This document shows, one piece after another, positions 1 through 10,797 of a stretch of DNA of 64,000 nt. The translations under genes and the position numbers were made by a program. Source of the DNA: a virus. The notes under the pieces were generated by a model. It did not search any database and was not told where the DNA came from. It saw only the letters and a program-made list of their open reading frames with translations. The DNA is taken from IMG/VR virus record IMGVR_UViG_3300045412_000261, positions 78,582 through 142,581 of that record. One strand, written 5' to 3'. Within the stretch, counting starts at the first letter, position 1, and each line of letters begins with the position of its first letter.

Positions 1-2328
1 TGTTGGTGTAATGTTTATTTTATTACCTTCATCTAAAGATCCCGAACCGCCACTATGTCCATAAGCTATACTAAATTGAATAGAAGCTGTTAAGGACGTT
101 TTTGGATTTTCATCATATACATGTGTATAATATCTGCTGTAATTTTCAGAAGTACTTCCTGTAAAGAATGTAACTAAATTTCTTACATTGTTTGAGAATA
201 GCCCTTCTGTTATATCAAACACATATTTTCTATTATCTATTTGATTTATTTGCTTCAACCATGAAGCTCTAGGTATAAATCTAGTAGTTGTTGGAGGTGG
301 GGGCGGCGGAGGTGGGGGCGGGGGCGGGGATACTGGTCCTGGTCCGCTAGGTACTGGAGGTGGGGGCAGTGTTCCAGGGTCAATTGGTCCTGTAGGTCCA
401 GTAGGTCCTGTAGGTTCGGTAGGTCCTGTAGGTCCAGTAGGGGGAGTTCCTGTAAATCTAGTATAAGTAACTCTTAAATAATTTCCGAACTCTCTCCGCC
501 CAGGAGGTACATTATCTTCAACTCTGTTTAAAACAAAAGTAGCCTGGGGAGGTGTTTCCCACCCTGTAACAGGGCTAAAAGTTATTGTATTTACCGAAGT
601 TGATTTACTAAAATATTGTTTATTACCTATTTCGTAAGTATAGGAAGATGCAGAAGGTCCGAGTTGAGATAAAGTAATGTCTGTAAATGAAGGGACAGAT
701 AGACGCGTTGTTTTATCATTAGATATTGTTACAATAGGCTTCGGAAAACTAGATGCGTTTAATATACGACCATTTTCTACAAATTGAACTTGAATTCTTA
801 AAGTACCATCTTCTGAATAAATAGAACTTCCTCCTGTTTCTGTTCCTCCCCCTGGAGTTCCACAACTAGGATCAGGTGGATTAGAATCAAATCTATAATT
901 AAACCCAGGTAAGTTTTGATAGTCTTTTAAAAAATCATCTAATGTTTTTTGAGTTAAAGCGGGTTGATTTCCATCATAATATAAAGCTCTTGAAACTCTT
1001 TTAACCATACCTCCTTCGCAGTATACAACGTATATTGTTTTAGTATCCGGGATACATATAGGATTTTCTGGTTCTTTATCTATGGCAAAAGTGTAATTGC
1101 CTCTAATTAAAAAATCTTTGCTGTTTAATTCTCTAGATTTAAACTCTTGTAATTTAGCATTAAAATTAGATTCGCTTCCGTCAAAAGGAATATATGATGA
1201 TGCTACATCATAATTTTTTATAATTCCGTCTTCACAATACTTAACATTTACTTTTCTAAAAACAGGAGGGGGTGGAGTCCCTGTTCCAGTTGCACAAACA
1301 GCTTTAACCGGTTTTACGTCATAACTAGTAGCGAGTCCTCTACCAAAGCCTAAATTTTTAGCTGTATTTTCATAATCTATTTTCTTTTTTTCTAATTCAG
1401 ATTCATTGTTATATTGTATTGTTACAGAACTTTCTACCGCCCCTGATTCAGTACAATATGTAACATATAAAATTTTAGATTTTGATAAACAAGAAGGTAT
1501 GGAAACAGGCTGAGTATCTACTATGGCGTTTGGATCTATTAATCTATACTCTCTTTGAATAGAAGCTATTTTATTATTTCTATCATCATTTGAACTGACA
1601 GATATTGTTCTTATTCCAAATCTTGGTTGACCGCCTTCACAATATGCGTAATATAAATTTACATTTGAACTAGATGGAGGCGAGCTAGGAGGAGTAGATG
1701 AAGTTCCAGGTCCAGTAGGTCCTTGTGGCGGTGAAACTATAGGTACGCAAGAAGATGGAGATGCAGGAGATAAAGTTACGGATACTTCTGTGAAACCTAA
1801 ATTTTCTAAAGATCTCTGTATGCCCCGTATTTTAACGGATCTATCATTTAAATCTGTATATGTTATTGTATCTCGAGTAAATACTGGTGTTGTATTATTA
1901 CAATAGGTTATGTATATTGTAGATGATGTTGAACGTGATATATCTTCTATACCACCAAGATTTCCAAAATCAGGAGTAAAACATGTTATAGGGGGAGCGG
2001 GTGAATTTATTCCTATAGTGTAAGGAATGTTCGCAGCTCTATAATTACTAGTAGCTTGATCAATAGCATTTTGTATAGCATTAGGATCATTTGTATTTAT
2101 ATTATAGGTAAAACTAATATTATTTGAATTATTATTTATGCAATAACTTATATTAACGGTTAAACTAGTTGTGCTTGGAGTTTTGGTTATAGGATTATTT
2201 GGATCATAAAACCATTGGTCATAGTTATTTTGATAATTCTGCCTATCAAAAAAAGATAAACTATTTAAAAAAGTTTGTTGATCTTGTTCAGATAGGTAAT
2301 AAAATACTGCGTAATCTATAAAATCCAT
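1..2328 (-). CDS. Virion structural protein (3' end runs off the window); six Cys-bracketed repeats, Pro-rich linker, C-terminal domain paralogous to 2363..3460
   Basis: Not in the ORF track. Manual translation from ATG 2328 (MDFIDYAVFYY...) is open to base 1 and ends ...QFSIAYGHSGGSGSLDEGNKINITPT, matching QFSIAYGQYNGSGSADEGGQINDTPT of the neighbouring gene. Confidence 0.85.
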   Translation of the reverse strand, partial: MDFIDYAVFYYLSEQDQQTFLNSLSFFDRQNYQNNYDQWFYDPNNPITKTPSTTSLTVNISYCINNNSNNISFTYNINTNDPNAIQNAIDQATSNYRAANIPYTIGINSPAPPITCFTPDFGNLGGIEDISRSTSSTIYITYCNNTTPVFTRDTITYTDLNDRSVKIRGIQRSLENLGFTEVSVTLSPASPSSCVPIVSPPQGPTGPGTSSTPPSSPPSSSNVNLYYAYCEGGQPRFGIRTISVSSNDDRNNKIASIQREYRLIDPNAIVDTQPVSIPSCLSKSKILYVTYCTESGAVESSVTIQYNNESELEKKKIDYENTAKNLGFGRGLATSYDVKPVKAVCATGTGTPPPPVFRKVNVKYCEDGIIKNYDVASSYIPFDGSESNFNAKLQEFKSRELNSKDFLIRGNYTFAIDKEPENPICIPDTKTIYVVYCEGGMVKRVSRALYYDGNQPALTQKTLDDFLKDYQNLPGFNYRFDSNPPDPSCGTPGGGTETGGSSIYSEDGTLRIQVQFVENGRILNASSFPKPIVTISNDKTTRLSVPSFTDITLSQLGPSASSYTYEIGNKQYFSKSTSVNTITFSPVTGWETPPQATFVLNRVEDNVPPGRREFGNYLRVTYTRFTGTPPTGPTGPTEPTGPTGPTGPIDPGTLPPPPVPSGPGPVSPPPPPPPPPPPPTTTRFIPRASWLKQINQIDNRKYVFDITEGLFSNNVRNLVTFFTGSTSENYSRYYTHVYDENPKTSLTASIQFSIAYGHSGGSGSLDEGNKINITPT

Positions 2329-2362
2329 TTCACACTATGTTTTCGCTATTAAATATTGATTC

Positions 2363-3460
2363 TTAGAAATCTAATTTCACCTTCAAAAGAGCTTCTCTAG
2401 TGAAACTTTTTTGTAGAGGCTTTGACAGTTTAGCTACTGCAAGTAATTCATAAGAATCGGAATACATACCTACTGTTGTAATATACACTTTAGGATCATT
2501 TATAAAAGTAGGTTGAGCAAAATCTCCCTCCGACCCAGTTATGAAAGTTGGATTGTTACTAAAATTATATCTATCATTTCTGACTCTAACAAAATAATGG
2601 GTAGATTTTACTTTTTCAGAACTTCTAGCTTGGAATCCTAAATAATCCCCTGATAAATCTTGAAATTTAGCAGATCCAGACATAGACCTATATAATTTAA
2701 AAGCATTATCTCCGGCAATTTCAGAACCAGAAACGGTACCAAACGAAGCTGATTTATCTAATGCTGCTCCATCCATTACAATAATGCCTAAATTTGGATA
2801 CACTAAACCAAATTTTTTAGGACTGTTAGGGTTATGTATGCCAGATTCCAAAGATCCTGATACTAAATTATAAACTTTACCAGCGGTAGTTACAGAAGCG
2901 GGGTTAGATTTTGAATCGTCTATTAATCTTAAATATTTACTATTTCCAGCTAGTTTTACGTTTGAGCCAGTATGAGTAGCATTACTTCCAGGACCAGCAA
3001 TAAATTGTGAGCCTGATAGATGTGCTAAATTAATTTCTAGAGTTCCTACATCTAAGGATTCCCTTAATCTAGCTCTATTTACGTTAATTACATAAATACT
3101 ATCAGAAGTTTTTCCGTTGATTGTAAATTTCCTTTCTCCGGGATCTAAACATAATTGTTTATATTGTCCATAAATAGCTCTAGTTGGCGTATCATTTATT
3201 TGACCACCTTCATCAGCCGATCCGGAACCATTGTATTGACCATAAGCAATACTAAATTGGGCTTCTGAACCTAATGCGTTTGAAGAGCTATTGAATATTT
3301 CATAATAATATCTCTTTTGTGTAGCCGTTTGTCCAGAAGATGTAAAAAAGGTAGTTAGGTTACCGTCATTATTAGAAAACAAGGCTCTAGTAATTACTTC
3401 CTCTTGGTTAGGTACAATATCGGCTGTATTGAATGTAGTAAATATATCTGTGTTTGCCAT
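2363..3460 (-). CDS. Virion structural protein (baseplate/tail region)
   Basis: 365 aa; C-terminal YITTVGMY...LLAVAKLSKP..K...LKVKLDF resembles tail/baseplate attachment domains; structural operon context. Confidence 0.65.
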   Translation of the reverse strand: MANTDIFTTFNTADIVPNQEEVITRALFSNNDGNLTTFFTSSGQTATQKRYYYEIFNSSSNALGSEAQFSIAYGQYNGSGSADEGGQINDTPTRAIYGQYKQLCLDPGERKFTINGKTSDSIYVINVNRARLRESLDVGTLEINLAHLSGSQFIAGPGSNATHTGSNVKLAGNSKYLRLIDDSKSNPASVTTAGKVYNLVSGSLESGIHNPNSPKKFGLVYPNLGIIVMDGAALDKSASFGTVSGSEIAGDNAFKLYRSMSGSAKFQDLSGDYLGFQARSSEKVKSTHYFVRVRNDRYNFSNNPTFITGSEGDFAQPTFINDPKVYITTVGMYSDSYELLAVAKLSKPLQKSFTREALLKVKLDF

Positions 3461-3475
3461 TTTTTAATTTATTAT

Positions 3476-4159
3476 TTATTCAGTTATACCAGCTCCAGGA
3501 GTTGTTCCTGTAGTAATTCTATTCACTGTTATGCTAATTGACACTCTACCTCCTGTTTCATTTCCTACAATCGATAATGTAGCCTTCCTTTGATTTAAAG
3601 TAGAACCTTTTGCTTTTAATGTGAAAGCAAGTCCTGTAACACTTATTGCTTGTGCTGCCTCTGTGTCTGTAATAATTCTTGGAGTAGACGGAGCTACATC
3701 CTGACCGTTATTTTGAGCAGGAGTTCTAGTAACACCAACAAAAGAAGCTACATCGCTATCAGATAAAGTTGCAGTATATCCAAAAGTAGTATTTCCGCCT
3801 TCAAAATTTATAGTTCTTGGGGAAATCGTAATTTCTTCTCCGTTAGTTAAAGTCACTGCTGTTTGACCTACGGATATAATAGGTATTCTAACTGTTCTTT
3901 TTGGTAGTGTGACTAACTTATACTTCATCATTTGAGTTTCATCCACTACAGCTTCGGTTAGTGGCATGTTCTCTAAAGTAATGCCATAATATGCAGTACC
4001 TAATGGATGATCTGTGTTCCACAATGAATAGTCAATTTCATCATCAGCTAATGCAAAATGTGTAATTTGAAACTCATTTCTGCCTCTTGCGAGTAATTCC
4101 CGTCCTCTACGGGTTAAAATAGCATCTACTGTTATTTGGTTATTATTTAGATATCCCAT
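3476..4159 (-). CDS. Conserved virion structural protein
   Basis: 227 aa, MGYL..VDAILT..GRELLA..FQITHFALADDEIDY; preceded by TATTTAT motif. Confidence 0.6.
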   Translation of the reverse strand: MGYLNNNQITVDAILTRRGRELLARGRNEFQITHFALADDEIDYSLWNTDHPLGTAYYGITLENMPLTEAVVDETQMMKYKLVTLPKRTVRIPIISVGQTAVTLTNGEEITISPRTINFEGGNTTFGYTATLSDSDVASFVGVTRTPAQNNGQDVAPSTPRIITDTEAAQAISVTGLAFTLKAKGSTLNQRKATLSIVGNETGGRVSISITVNRITTGTTPGAGITE

Positions 4160-4198
4160 TTTGTTTGTTTTATAATAAATACTTTGAAATATAATATT

Positions 4199-7100
4199 TT
4201 AAACTATTATTTGGTTTGCGCTAACTTCTCTGTATTCTACTACAGGTCCACCATCAATTGTATCTGTTGTGTCTACATTAAAATCTAATCCGGTTAATTT
4301 ACAGCCAGTAAATCTAATTCTATTAGATACGGAGTCTTCGACATATTGATAATTAGCAGGTACTAAGGAAGATGAATAGTAATTTTTAGTGTTTATCAAT
4401 GTTGCTAAATTTAAATTTTTTTGATATTGTGAGGAATAATTTACGGCGGTACTAGATGAATAATGATATACTACTTTCTTATATTTTAAATTAGATTTTT
4501 CAGATTGTATAATAGATTGAGTAACATATGAACTATTCCTATAAATGTTTCCAGCATCATTTATCACATATTCATTTTTATATAAATATTCTTTTAGCTG
4601 TAATTTAGTTAATGTAGAATTAAAATTATGGAAACTAGATGAAAGAACATAATTATATGAATTATTATCATTGTAAAAATTATCAATATTAAAATTAGTA
4701 ACTTTACCCACTATGTTTTCTATCTTATAAAATGAGGAATCCAATTTAAAATCATTAGATATTACATTTGTATTTCCATCATAAAAATTAATCTTTCTTC
4801 TATTTAATACTCTATTCTTATATGTTCCATTTCTTTTAAATCTATATGCAATGTTTTCTTCTATAGATCCACTTCCATGTAACACATTGCCTATAAACGA
4901 TAAATGTCTGTTTAAAGTTGCATATGATTCAATTAATTTTCTTTCATTATCAAAATAGTATAAGGATTCCATGTTTGATGTAATATCATTTTCTTCATTT
5001 GTATTAAGTAGATGTATATTACCTTTTATATGTTCTAATGTTCCTAAATCTGAAATAGAGTATATGTTTGACATGTCTCTATTTATTTCTGAGATGTCAA
5101 TTAGATTTTCATATTTATATAAGTACGTGTCCCCGCCAAATTCATATAAATTACCTTTTTGATTTACTTTGTGAGATTCTAAATCTGAGAATACTAAAGA
5201 ATAATCTCCATAGTAATTCAATGTAGATGTTATTTTTTCATGCTTAAAATCTGGAGTTATGGATATAGGTAATTCTGATTTATACTTCCTGTACTCTAAT
5301 TCTAAATCAGGAGGCATTTCTGTATTTGTACTATATTTTATTTGTTCAAAATCAGGTGCTATATCAAATTCTAAAGATGACGTATATTTTTTATGTGATA
5401 TTTCGACAGGAGGGGCATAGCTTATAGAACCTGTATACAAAATATATTCTCCTACCTGACTATCGGTTTTTATAATTGTTTTCTCATATTGTGGATTAGT
5501 TAGAGATGGATTTTTTCTAGCAACTTTAGCTCTCTCCAATACATTCTCTTCTAATAATATCCCTGCTATAAGATTTGCTCTAGCTGGAACTAATTGTTTT
5601 ATCTGTTCAAATATGGAATAATCATACAATGAAAATATCTCTATGTACTTGTTGTAATTATTTCTGTTTTTATATTTTTTCCAATAATTTTCCCTGTTTA
5701 GCCTAAGATTATTATACTCGTCTCTATATAAATCGGAAGGGTCTCCAATTAAATTATCTAAATCTATTCCTCCATATTGATTTGCTATATCTCTATTTAC
5801 TTGGTCTGTAGGGCTAAATACTACAGCTAATTTATTTGAATCTACAGGGTCTGTATCAAAAGTATTTATTTGAACTCTTTTTTCCGAGGATAGTTGGTTT
5901 GTATAAAAAGATTCTTCTATTCGTATTTTATCACTTTTAACTATACTCGCACCAATTGAAGGAGAATAGCTGTAGTAAATTTCTGAATATGGCTTGTATT
6001 GATTTTCTTGAGAACCTGTAAAACCTATAAAACTAGCTGTTGTATATTGTGATTTTACTCTATTTGGATGACTTGATGATACAAACTTATATGCAGAATG
6101 ATTATATCTGAGAGCATCTACGCCCATTGGGTAAAATCTATTTAACGTATCAAAAGAGGAAGTGTAAGAAGAACCATGATATGCAGCAGGGTTAAGTGTG
6201 TGTTCTTCAAATATTTTTTCAGAGTATATATCACTATAATCCTTATAAGCTTGTAAAAATCCTCTATATCTACTAGAATTTACTCCTGCAAATTGACTTC
6301 CCGTAGAACCCCCTAATATTATATTATGAGGTATCAATAAGGAACTAGTTGATCCCCATGTAAATGATATATCAGCTGACGAAGTCACAATCATAGATCC
6401 AGAAAAACTAATCCAATTCTCAAAGTCACCACTAGATTTTTTCCACTCTATGTGTATAGAACCTGTTTTTTTAGTATTCGATATATTTCTATCTGTGTAT
6501 ATTCGAACATTCCAAGCATCTCCGTCAAAAAAAGGATAGTACTTAGATTGTATTGTTTTTATTGTGAAAGAAGATGTTGAATTTGAAGTACTTTGAGCGC
6601 TTTTATATCTTAAATAGCCATAAGCATAACTACCACTCCTTGATGAAGTAGAAAATGCTCTGTAACTTACTAGCTCTAAATTATTATATACTTTGTTACT
6701 ATTTTTAGAATCCTCTATAGACCATAAACTCATACTAAGGCTAGATGAATTTGTTGTCCTAAACCTAAATTCAGATACACGAGGTGCGGAAACCTGATTT
6801 TCATTTGGAGGGATTGATTGTCCCCACGGAATTTTTACAAATTGATTTCCGTCAAATTTTAGTAAATACTGATATCTGTAACTTTTATGCGTCGGGTTGT
6901 ACTTAGGAGGTCTTGCTCCACCGTATTCCTTTATGCTAATTAATGTCTGAGGTATTCCATATATAGACAATAGCGTTTTTAAACTACGTTCTGTGCCCTT
7001 TGTTTTTAAAAGAGTCGGTATGTTATTTACTATTCTTCTCCAAATCTGATGTGTGAGATATTCATGAGCCTGAGAAGCTAAAGTACCGGTTTCTAAAAAA

Positions 7101-8656
7101 CTTCCTGTATTATCAGTACCTAGTTTATATAGCCAAAGATTACTTAATTGATATCCATTATTTACTTCCCATCCTAATGATTTCGCATAAGTTTTTAAAA
7201 GCTCATTAGGAATTCCTCTTTTAGGATGTTCATCTCTTCTATGAATAGAAGTAAGTTCTTTAGTAAAAGCATATAAATTATCAAAGTGCTGTCCTATCAT
7301 ATCAAGAAAAACAAAATATTCGGAGTTGTCCGGATTGTTTACGATATGACCAGGAGTAGCTTCATATAAGGTATTATAATTTCTACTATCGAATCTACTA
7401 GCTTTTGATAAAGAAGATGAATACCAATAATTGTATGCAGAAGATGTTATATGATAGTTATAATACTTATTGTTTGATATATACTTAGGAGCCGGGGTAA
7501 TGCTTCCTGTTATGTCATAAGAAAAAATACTACCAGAAGAATAGTACAAATAATTCTCAAATTCATCAAAACTATTTTTAACCTGATAAGACCTTTTTAT
7601 TATTTTGTTATAATCAGCAATACCAAACAGACTCCCCGAACCATTGCTATTTTTTATCGCATTACTTTGGCTATTATAAAATTCTATTAACTGTAATTTA
7701 TAATTATAATTCTTTAATCTTTCTTGAGCAGATCCATAAAATACAAAATTAGAAAAATCAGAATAGTCTATATTTAAAGGAACAGAAGCGGAGGATGATA
7801 TAACTCTGTTTATTATAGTGTTGGCTGTTTCATACTTTGAATCCAATAAAGTATCCCAATAGTGATAAATATTTTCATCTTTTGAAGGCAATAAACTATT
7901 CCATGTACTATAATTAGTAGATTCTCCGCTAGTTGTATTTATCGAATAATTTGGAGTTAAAGTTCTAGGTTCACTAACTACTTCAGGGGATGTAACAGTA
8001 AATGAATCAAAATAATCTTCTGCTACTTTATAGCATATATGAAGTAGATTTCCTGTTTTTAAATTTTCTACAGGATTAAATAATTTAACATAAATTACAT
8101 ATTCATCTTCACAATCTACTTTTATATTTATAATTGAATAAATTTTATTCTCCCCTAAATTTATTACAATATTATTAATAAATCCTAATGTTCTTAAATA
8201 AGATGCTTTTTCTTTAAATAACTCTAATTTATTTATTATATCGGGATTATTTTTTAGGTAATTAGGCCTTATTGCTAATTTTAATTCTAACTCATCCGGA
8301 CTTATTTCTTGAATATAAAAATATTGATTATCTATATCACCAAAAATATTATACAAAAAATTAAAACATAATTTATAAGTTCCTTCAAATATTTCAGAAT
8401 CAAAAAATAATTTACATACATCAAAATTTATATCATCATAAGTAGAATCAAAATCATTTCTTACATTATAAGCAGATTTAACTAAATCATAGTTTGTATT
8501 ATAAATGTGAGAATCTATTGAAAATGGATTTTTTATATCATCCACTATTCCTTTTGATATATCTAAACTCATAAATGGTTCATAATCAAATGATACTCCT
8601 TCAATTAATGATGATGAATCCTTTATTTTATCTTTATTTATGAATCTATCTATCAT
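4199..8656 (-). CDS. Large baseplate wedge-type protein
   Basis: 1485 aa; LLKTKGTERSLKTLLSIYG and IKQLVPARANL segments typical of P2 gpI/T4 gp7-like wedge proteins; downstream of gp6-like gene. Confidence 0.55.
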   Translation of the reverse strand: MIDRFINKDKIKDSSSLIEGVSFDYEPFMSLDISKGIVDDIKNPFSIDSHIYNTNYDLVKSAYNVRNDFDSTYDDINFDVCKLFFDSEIFEGTYKLCFNFLYNIFGDIDNQYFYIQEISPDELELKLAIRPNYLKNNPDIINKLELFKEKASYLRTLGFINNIVINLGENKIYSIINIKVDCEDEYVIYVKLFNPVENLKTGNLLHICYKVAEDYFDSFTVTSPEVVSEPRTLTPNYSINTTSGESTNYSTWNSLLPSKDENIYHYWDTLLDSKYETANTIINRVISSSASVPLNIDYSDFSNFVFYGSAQERLKNYNYKLQLIEFYNSQSNAIKNSNGSGSLFGIADYNKIIKRSYQVKNSFDEFENYLYYSSGSIFSYDITGSITPAPKYISNNKYYNYHITSSAYNYWYSSSLSKASRFDSRNYNTLYEATPGHIVNNPDNSEYFVFLDMIGQHFDNLYAFTKELTSIHRRDEHPKRGIPNELLKTYAKSLGWEVNNGYQLSNLWLYKLGTDNTGSFLETGTLASQAHEYLTHQIWRRIVNNIPTLLKTKGTERSLKTLLSIYGIPQTLISIKEYGGARPPKYNPTHKSYRYQYLLKFDGNQFVKIPWGQSIPPNENQVSAPRVSEFRFRTTNSSSLSMSLWSIEDSKNSNKVYNNLELVSYRAFSTSSRSGSYAYGYLRYKSAQSTSNSTSSFTIKTIQSKYYPFFDGDAWNVRIYTDRNISNTKKTGSIHIEWKKSSGDFENWISFSGSMIVTSSADISFTWGSTSSLLIPHNIILGGSTGSQFAGVNSSRYRGFLQAYKDYSDIYSEKIFEEHTLNPAAYHGSSYTSSFDTLNRFYPMGVDALRYNHSAYKFVSSSHPNRVKSQYTTASFIGFTGSQENQYKPYSEIYYSYSPSIGASIVKSDKIRIEESFYTNQLSSEKRVQINTFDTDPVDSNKLAVVFSPTDQVNRDIANQYGGIDLDNLIGDPSDLYRDEYNNLRLNRENYWKKYKNRNNYNKYIEIFSLYDYSIFEQIKQLVPARANLIAGILLEENVLERAKVARKNPSLTNPQYEKTIIKTDSQVGEYILYTGSISYAPPVEISHKKYTSSLEFDIAPDFEQIKYSTNTEMPPDLELEYRKYKSELPISITPDFKHEKITSTLNYYGDYSLVFSDLESHKVNQKGNLYEFGGDTYLYKYENLIDISEINRDMSNIYSISDLGTLEHIKGNIHLLNTNEENDITSNMESLYYFDNERKLIESYATLNRHLSFIGNVLHGSGSIEENIAYRFKRNGTYKNRVLNRRKINFYDGNTNVISNDFKLDSSFYKIENIVGKVTNFNIDNFYNDNNSYNYVLSSSFHNFNSTLTKLQLKEYLYKNEYVINDAGNIYRNSSYVTQSIIQSEKSNLKYKKVVYHYSSSTAVNYSSQYQKNLNLATLINTKNYYSSSLVPANYQYVEDSVSNRIRFTGCKLTGLDFNVDTTDTIDGGPVVEYREVSANQIIV

Positions 8657-10797
8657 ATTTGATTATTGAATTGATTTTGATTATTTACAATATTTGAATA
8701 ATCTGCAAACTCTATAGTATTACCGGGAATCCCAGAACCGTAAACTCTATCTCCTGTTCTGTCAGACCCGCCGGTTCCTCCTGTATCTCCTCCTCCTGTA
8801 CTTCCACCTGTTCCCCCACCGGTATTACCTCCTGTTCCATTACCACCACCAGTATTACCTCCTGTTGTAGAACATTCTAAATTGCCTATTTCTATATTAA
8901 CACTAGTTACTTTTCTACTTCCTAATTCTGTTTCATTGATAGTCATTGAGCCACCTCTATATTGATAAGTTTTATAGGAAGTCAGACCTGTAGTTAGTGT
9001 TGCTATTTGACCTACTATATCTATTTTTTGATATGTGTAAATAACTTCTCCTTGTCCGTCACATGGATGTAACGCATATATAGTTACATCTTTTCCACCA
9101 GAAGGTCCGGAACCACCACCGACTTGAAGACAACTAGTTATCCCTTCCGCTTTTCTAAGTGATGTAAATAAAGTAATTCCATTAACTGTCTTTAAAAATT
9201 CAGGATTTGATCCGTCCCAATAATAAAAACCCTGATTAATAATATTGAAATATATTTGATTTCTTAATGGCTCAACAGAAGTATAGCCAGGACCTTTACT
9301 AGGATCACAAGAATAAACTTTCCAATATCTATTACCTGCTCCGGTACCAGTACCTGTTCCTGTGCCTACATTTATTGTAGTAGTGGTACTTGTGGTAGAA
9401 GTAGTACTTGTAGTAGAAGTAGTACTTGTAGTAGAAGTAGTACTTGTAGTATTTCCGGTACCTACATTTATTGTAGTTGTGCTTGTAGTAGATGTAGTAC
9501 TTGTATTATCTTTTGGACATTCAGGACAAATAGAATTAGTTCCGGATGCTCCAGTTGGTCCAGCAGGTCCTTGAGGGCCTAGCCCGCCAGGTTGACCATT
9601 CTGTCCGGGTTGTCCATTTTGCCCACTTGGTCCTGTTGGTCCTGTGTTACCAGGCTGTCCGATTGGTCCAATAGGTCCTGTTGGTCCAATAGGTCCAGCA
9701 GGTCCAGCAGGTCCGGGTTGCCCGTCCCTTCCATCTCTTCCATCTCTTCCAGCAGGTCCAGGTAATCCACTACCTCCACCAATTACATTCAATCCATCTT
9801 TACCATCTTTGCCAGGTCTTCCTTCAGAACCGCTAACAATTATAACAATAGGTTCCTTGTCTTCGCAGCAGTTGGACGGTATGTTGTTTATAATTGGAAC
9901 AACAGGGTCAATAATGTTTCTTACTTTTTTCCTAACCGCAGGTGTCCATGATGAAGATAAATCAACACAATTTCCATTATTGTTAGTGTTTATAAAATAG
10001 TATGTATATCCTTCTAATGGTCTTGCTCCAACTTCTGCAATCTTAACAAAAGTTCCTAATGGGTAAGTAGATAATTCAGAGAAATCTACTCGTTCAATAG
10101 ATATTACATCGTTATATGTTTTATTTCTCTCAAACATCATAACTTCCAATGTCTCGTTATTTGGAATAAGACATACAGAAATATCAGTCAATGCTTGTTC
10201 ATTTGCTCCAATAAAATAGTTGAAATTTGCGTCGATTAATTTAGATATAACAAAGTCAGAAACAATTACTTTTTCAGGCCTAACAAAATAATACCCGGGG
10301 TCTACCGATAGACTTGTTCCTTGTAATTTATAGCTTATAGGAACGTATTTTATTCCTTTGAGATTTACTTTTAATTTTGGTTTGTTTGCTTTACTTATAT
10401 CTTCGGAGGAGTATCTATTTTTATTCTGTCCTTCGATTTCAGGAATTCTTTCATTTATTGTTCCAAATATTACTTTTTCTACATTTCCCTCATATCTTCT
10501 AATAATCTTATAATTTATGTAATCATCATTTGAGTCAGATGTCAATATAACATTTTTAGGGATTGGAAGAGTTATTTCTAATTTATTATTTACATTTAAT
10601 GCATCTCCAATTTTTATTAATTCTTTAGATTCTGCCGTGGTAAATCTTCCAGACATATATTTCACAAACTCATCTACATGATATTGACCTTTATAGATGT
10701 CTCCATTTAAATAAGTAAATTCACCATTAGATAAATTAGGACCTGTTCTTCTATTATTAGGGTCAGATACTCTATGTATGTCTTTCTTTTCCTCCAC
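8653..10797 (-). CDS. Virion protein with collagen-like (G-X-Y), Thr/Ser-rich and Gly-rich segments
   Basis: GPAGPAGPIGPTGP run, TTSTTSTTS repeats, GGNTGG repeats. Confidence 0.7.
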   Translation of the reverse strand: MEEKKDIHRVSDPNNRRTGPNLSNGEFTYLNGDIYKGQYHVDEFVKYMSGRFTTAESKELIKIGDALNVNNKLEITLPIPKNVILTSDSNDDYINYKIIRRYEGNVEKVIFGTINERIPEIEGQNKNRYSSEDISKANKPKLKVNLKGIKYVPISYKLQGTSLSVDPGYYFVRPEKVIVSDFVISKLIDANFNYFIGANEQALTDISVCLIPNNETLEVMMFERNKTYNDVISIERVDFSELSTYPLGTFVKIAEVGARPLEGYTYYFINTNNNGNCVDLSSSWTPAVRKKVRNIIDPVVPIINNIPSNCCEDKEPIVIIVSGSEGRPGKDGKDGLNVIGGGSGLPGPAGRDGRDGRDGQPGPAGPAGPIGPTGPIGPIGQPGNTGPTGPSGQNGQPGQNGQPGGLGPQGPAGPTGASGTNSICPECPKDNTSTTSTTSTTTINVGTGNTTSTTSTTSTTSTTSTTSTTSTTTTINVGTGTGTGTGAGNRYWKVYSCDPSKGPGYTSVEPLRNQIYFNIINQGFYYWDGSNPEFLKTVNGITLFTSLRKAEGITSCLQVGGGSGPSGGKDVTIYALHPCDGQGEVIYTYQKIDIVGQIATLTTGLTSYKTYQYRGGSMTINETELGSRKVTSVNIEIGNLECSTTGGNTGGGNGTGGNTGGGTGGSTGGGDTGGTGGSDRTGDRVYGSGIPGNTIEFADYSNIVNNQNQFNNQI
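9379..9500. repeat. Coding tandem repeat (about 18-bp unit GTAGTACTTGTAGTAGAA) encoding TTS repeats
   Basis: Visible tandem copies. Confidence 0.8.

Noticed and set aside
293-330. G-quadruplex-like G-runs
   Set aside because: Fully explained by poly-Pro codons on the minus strand.
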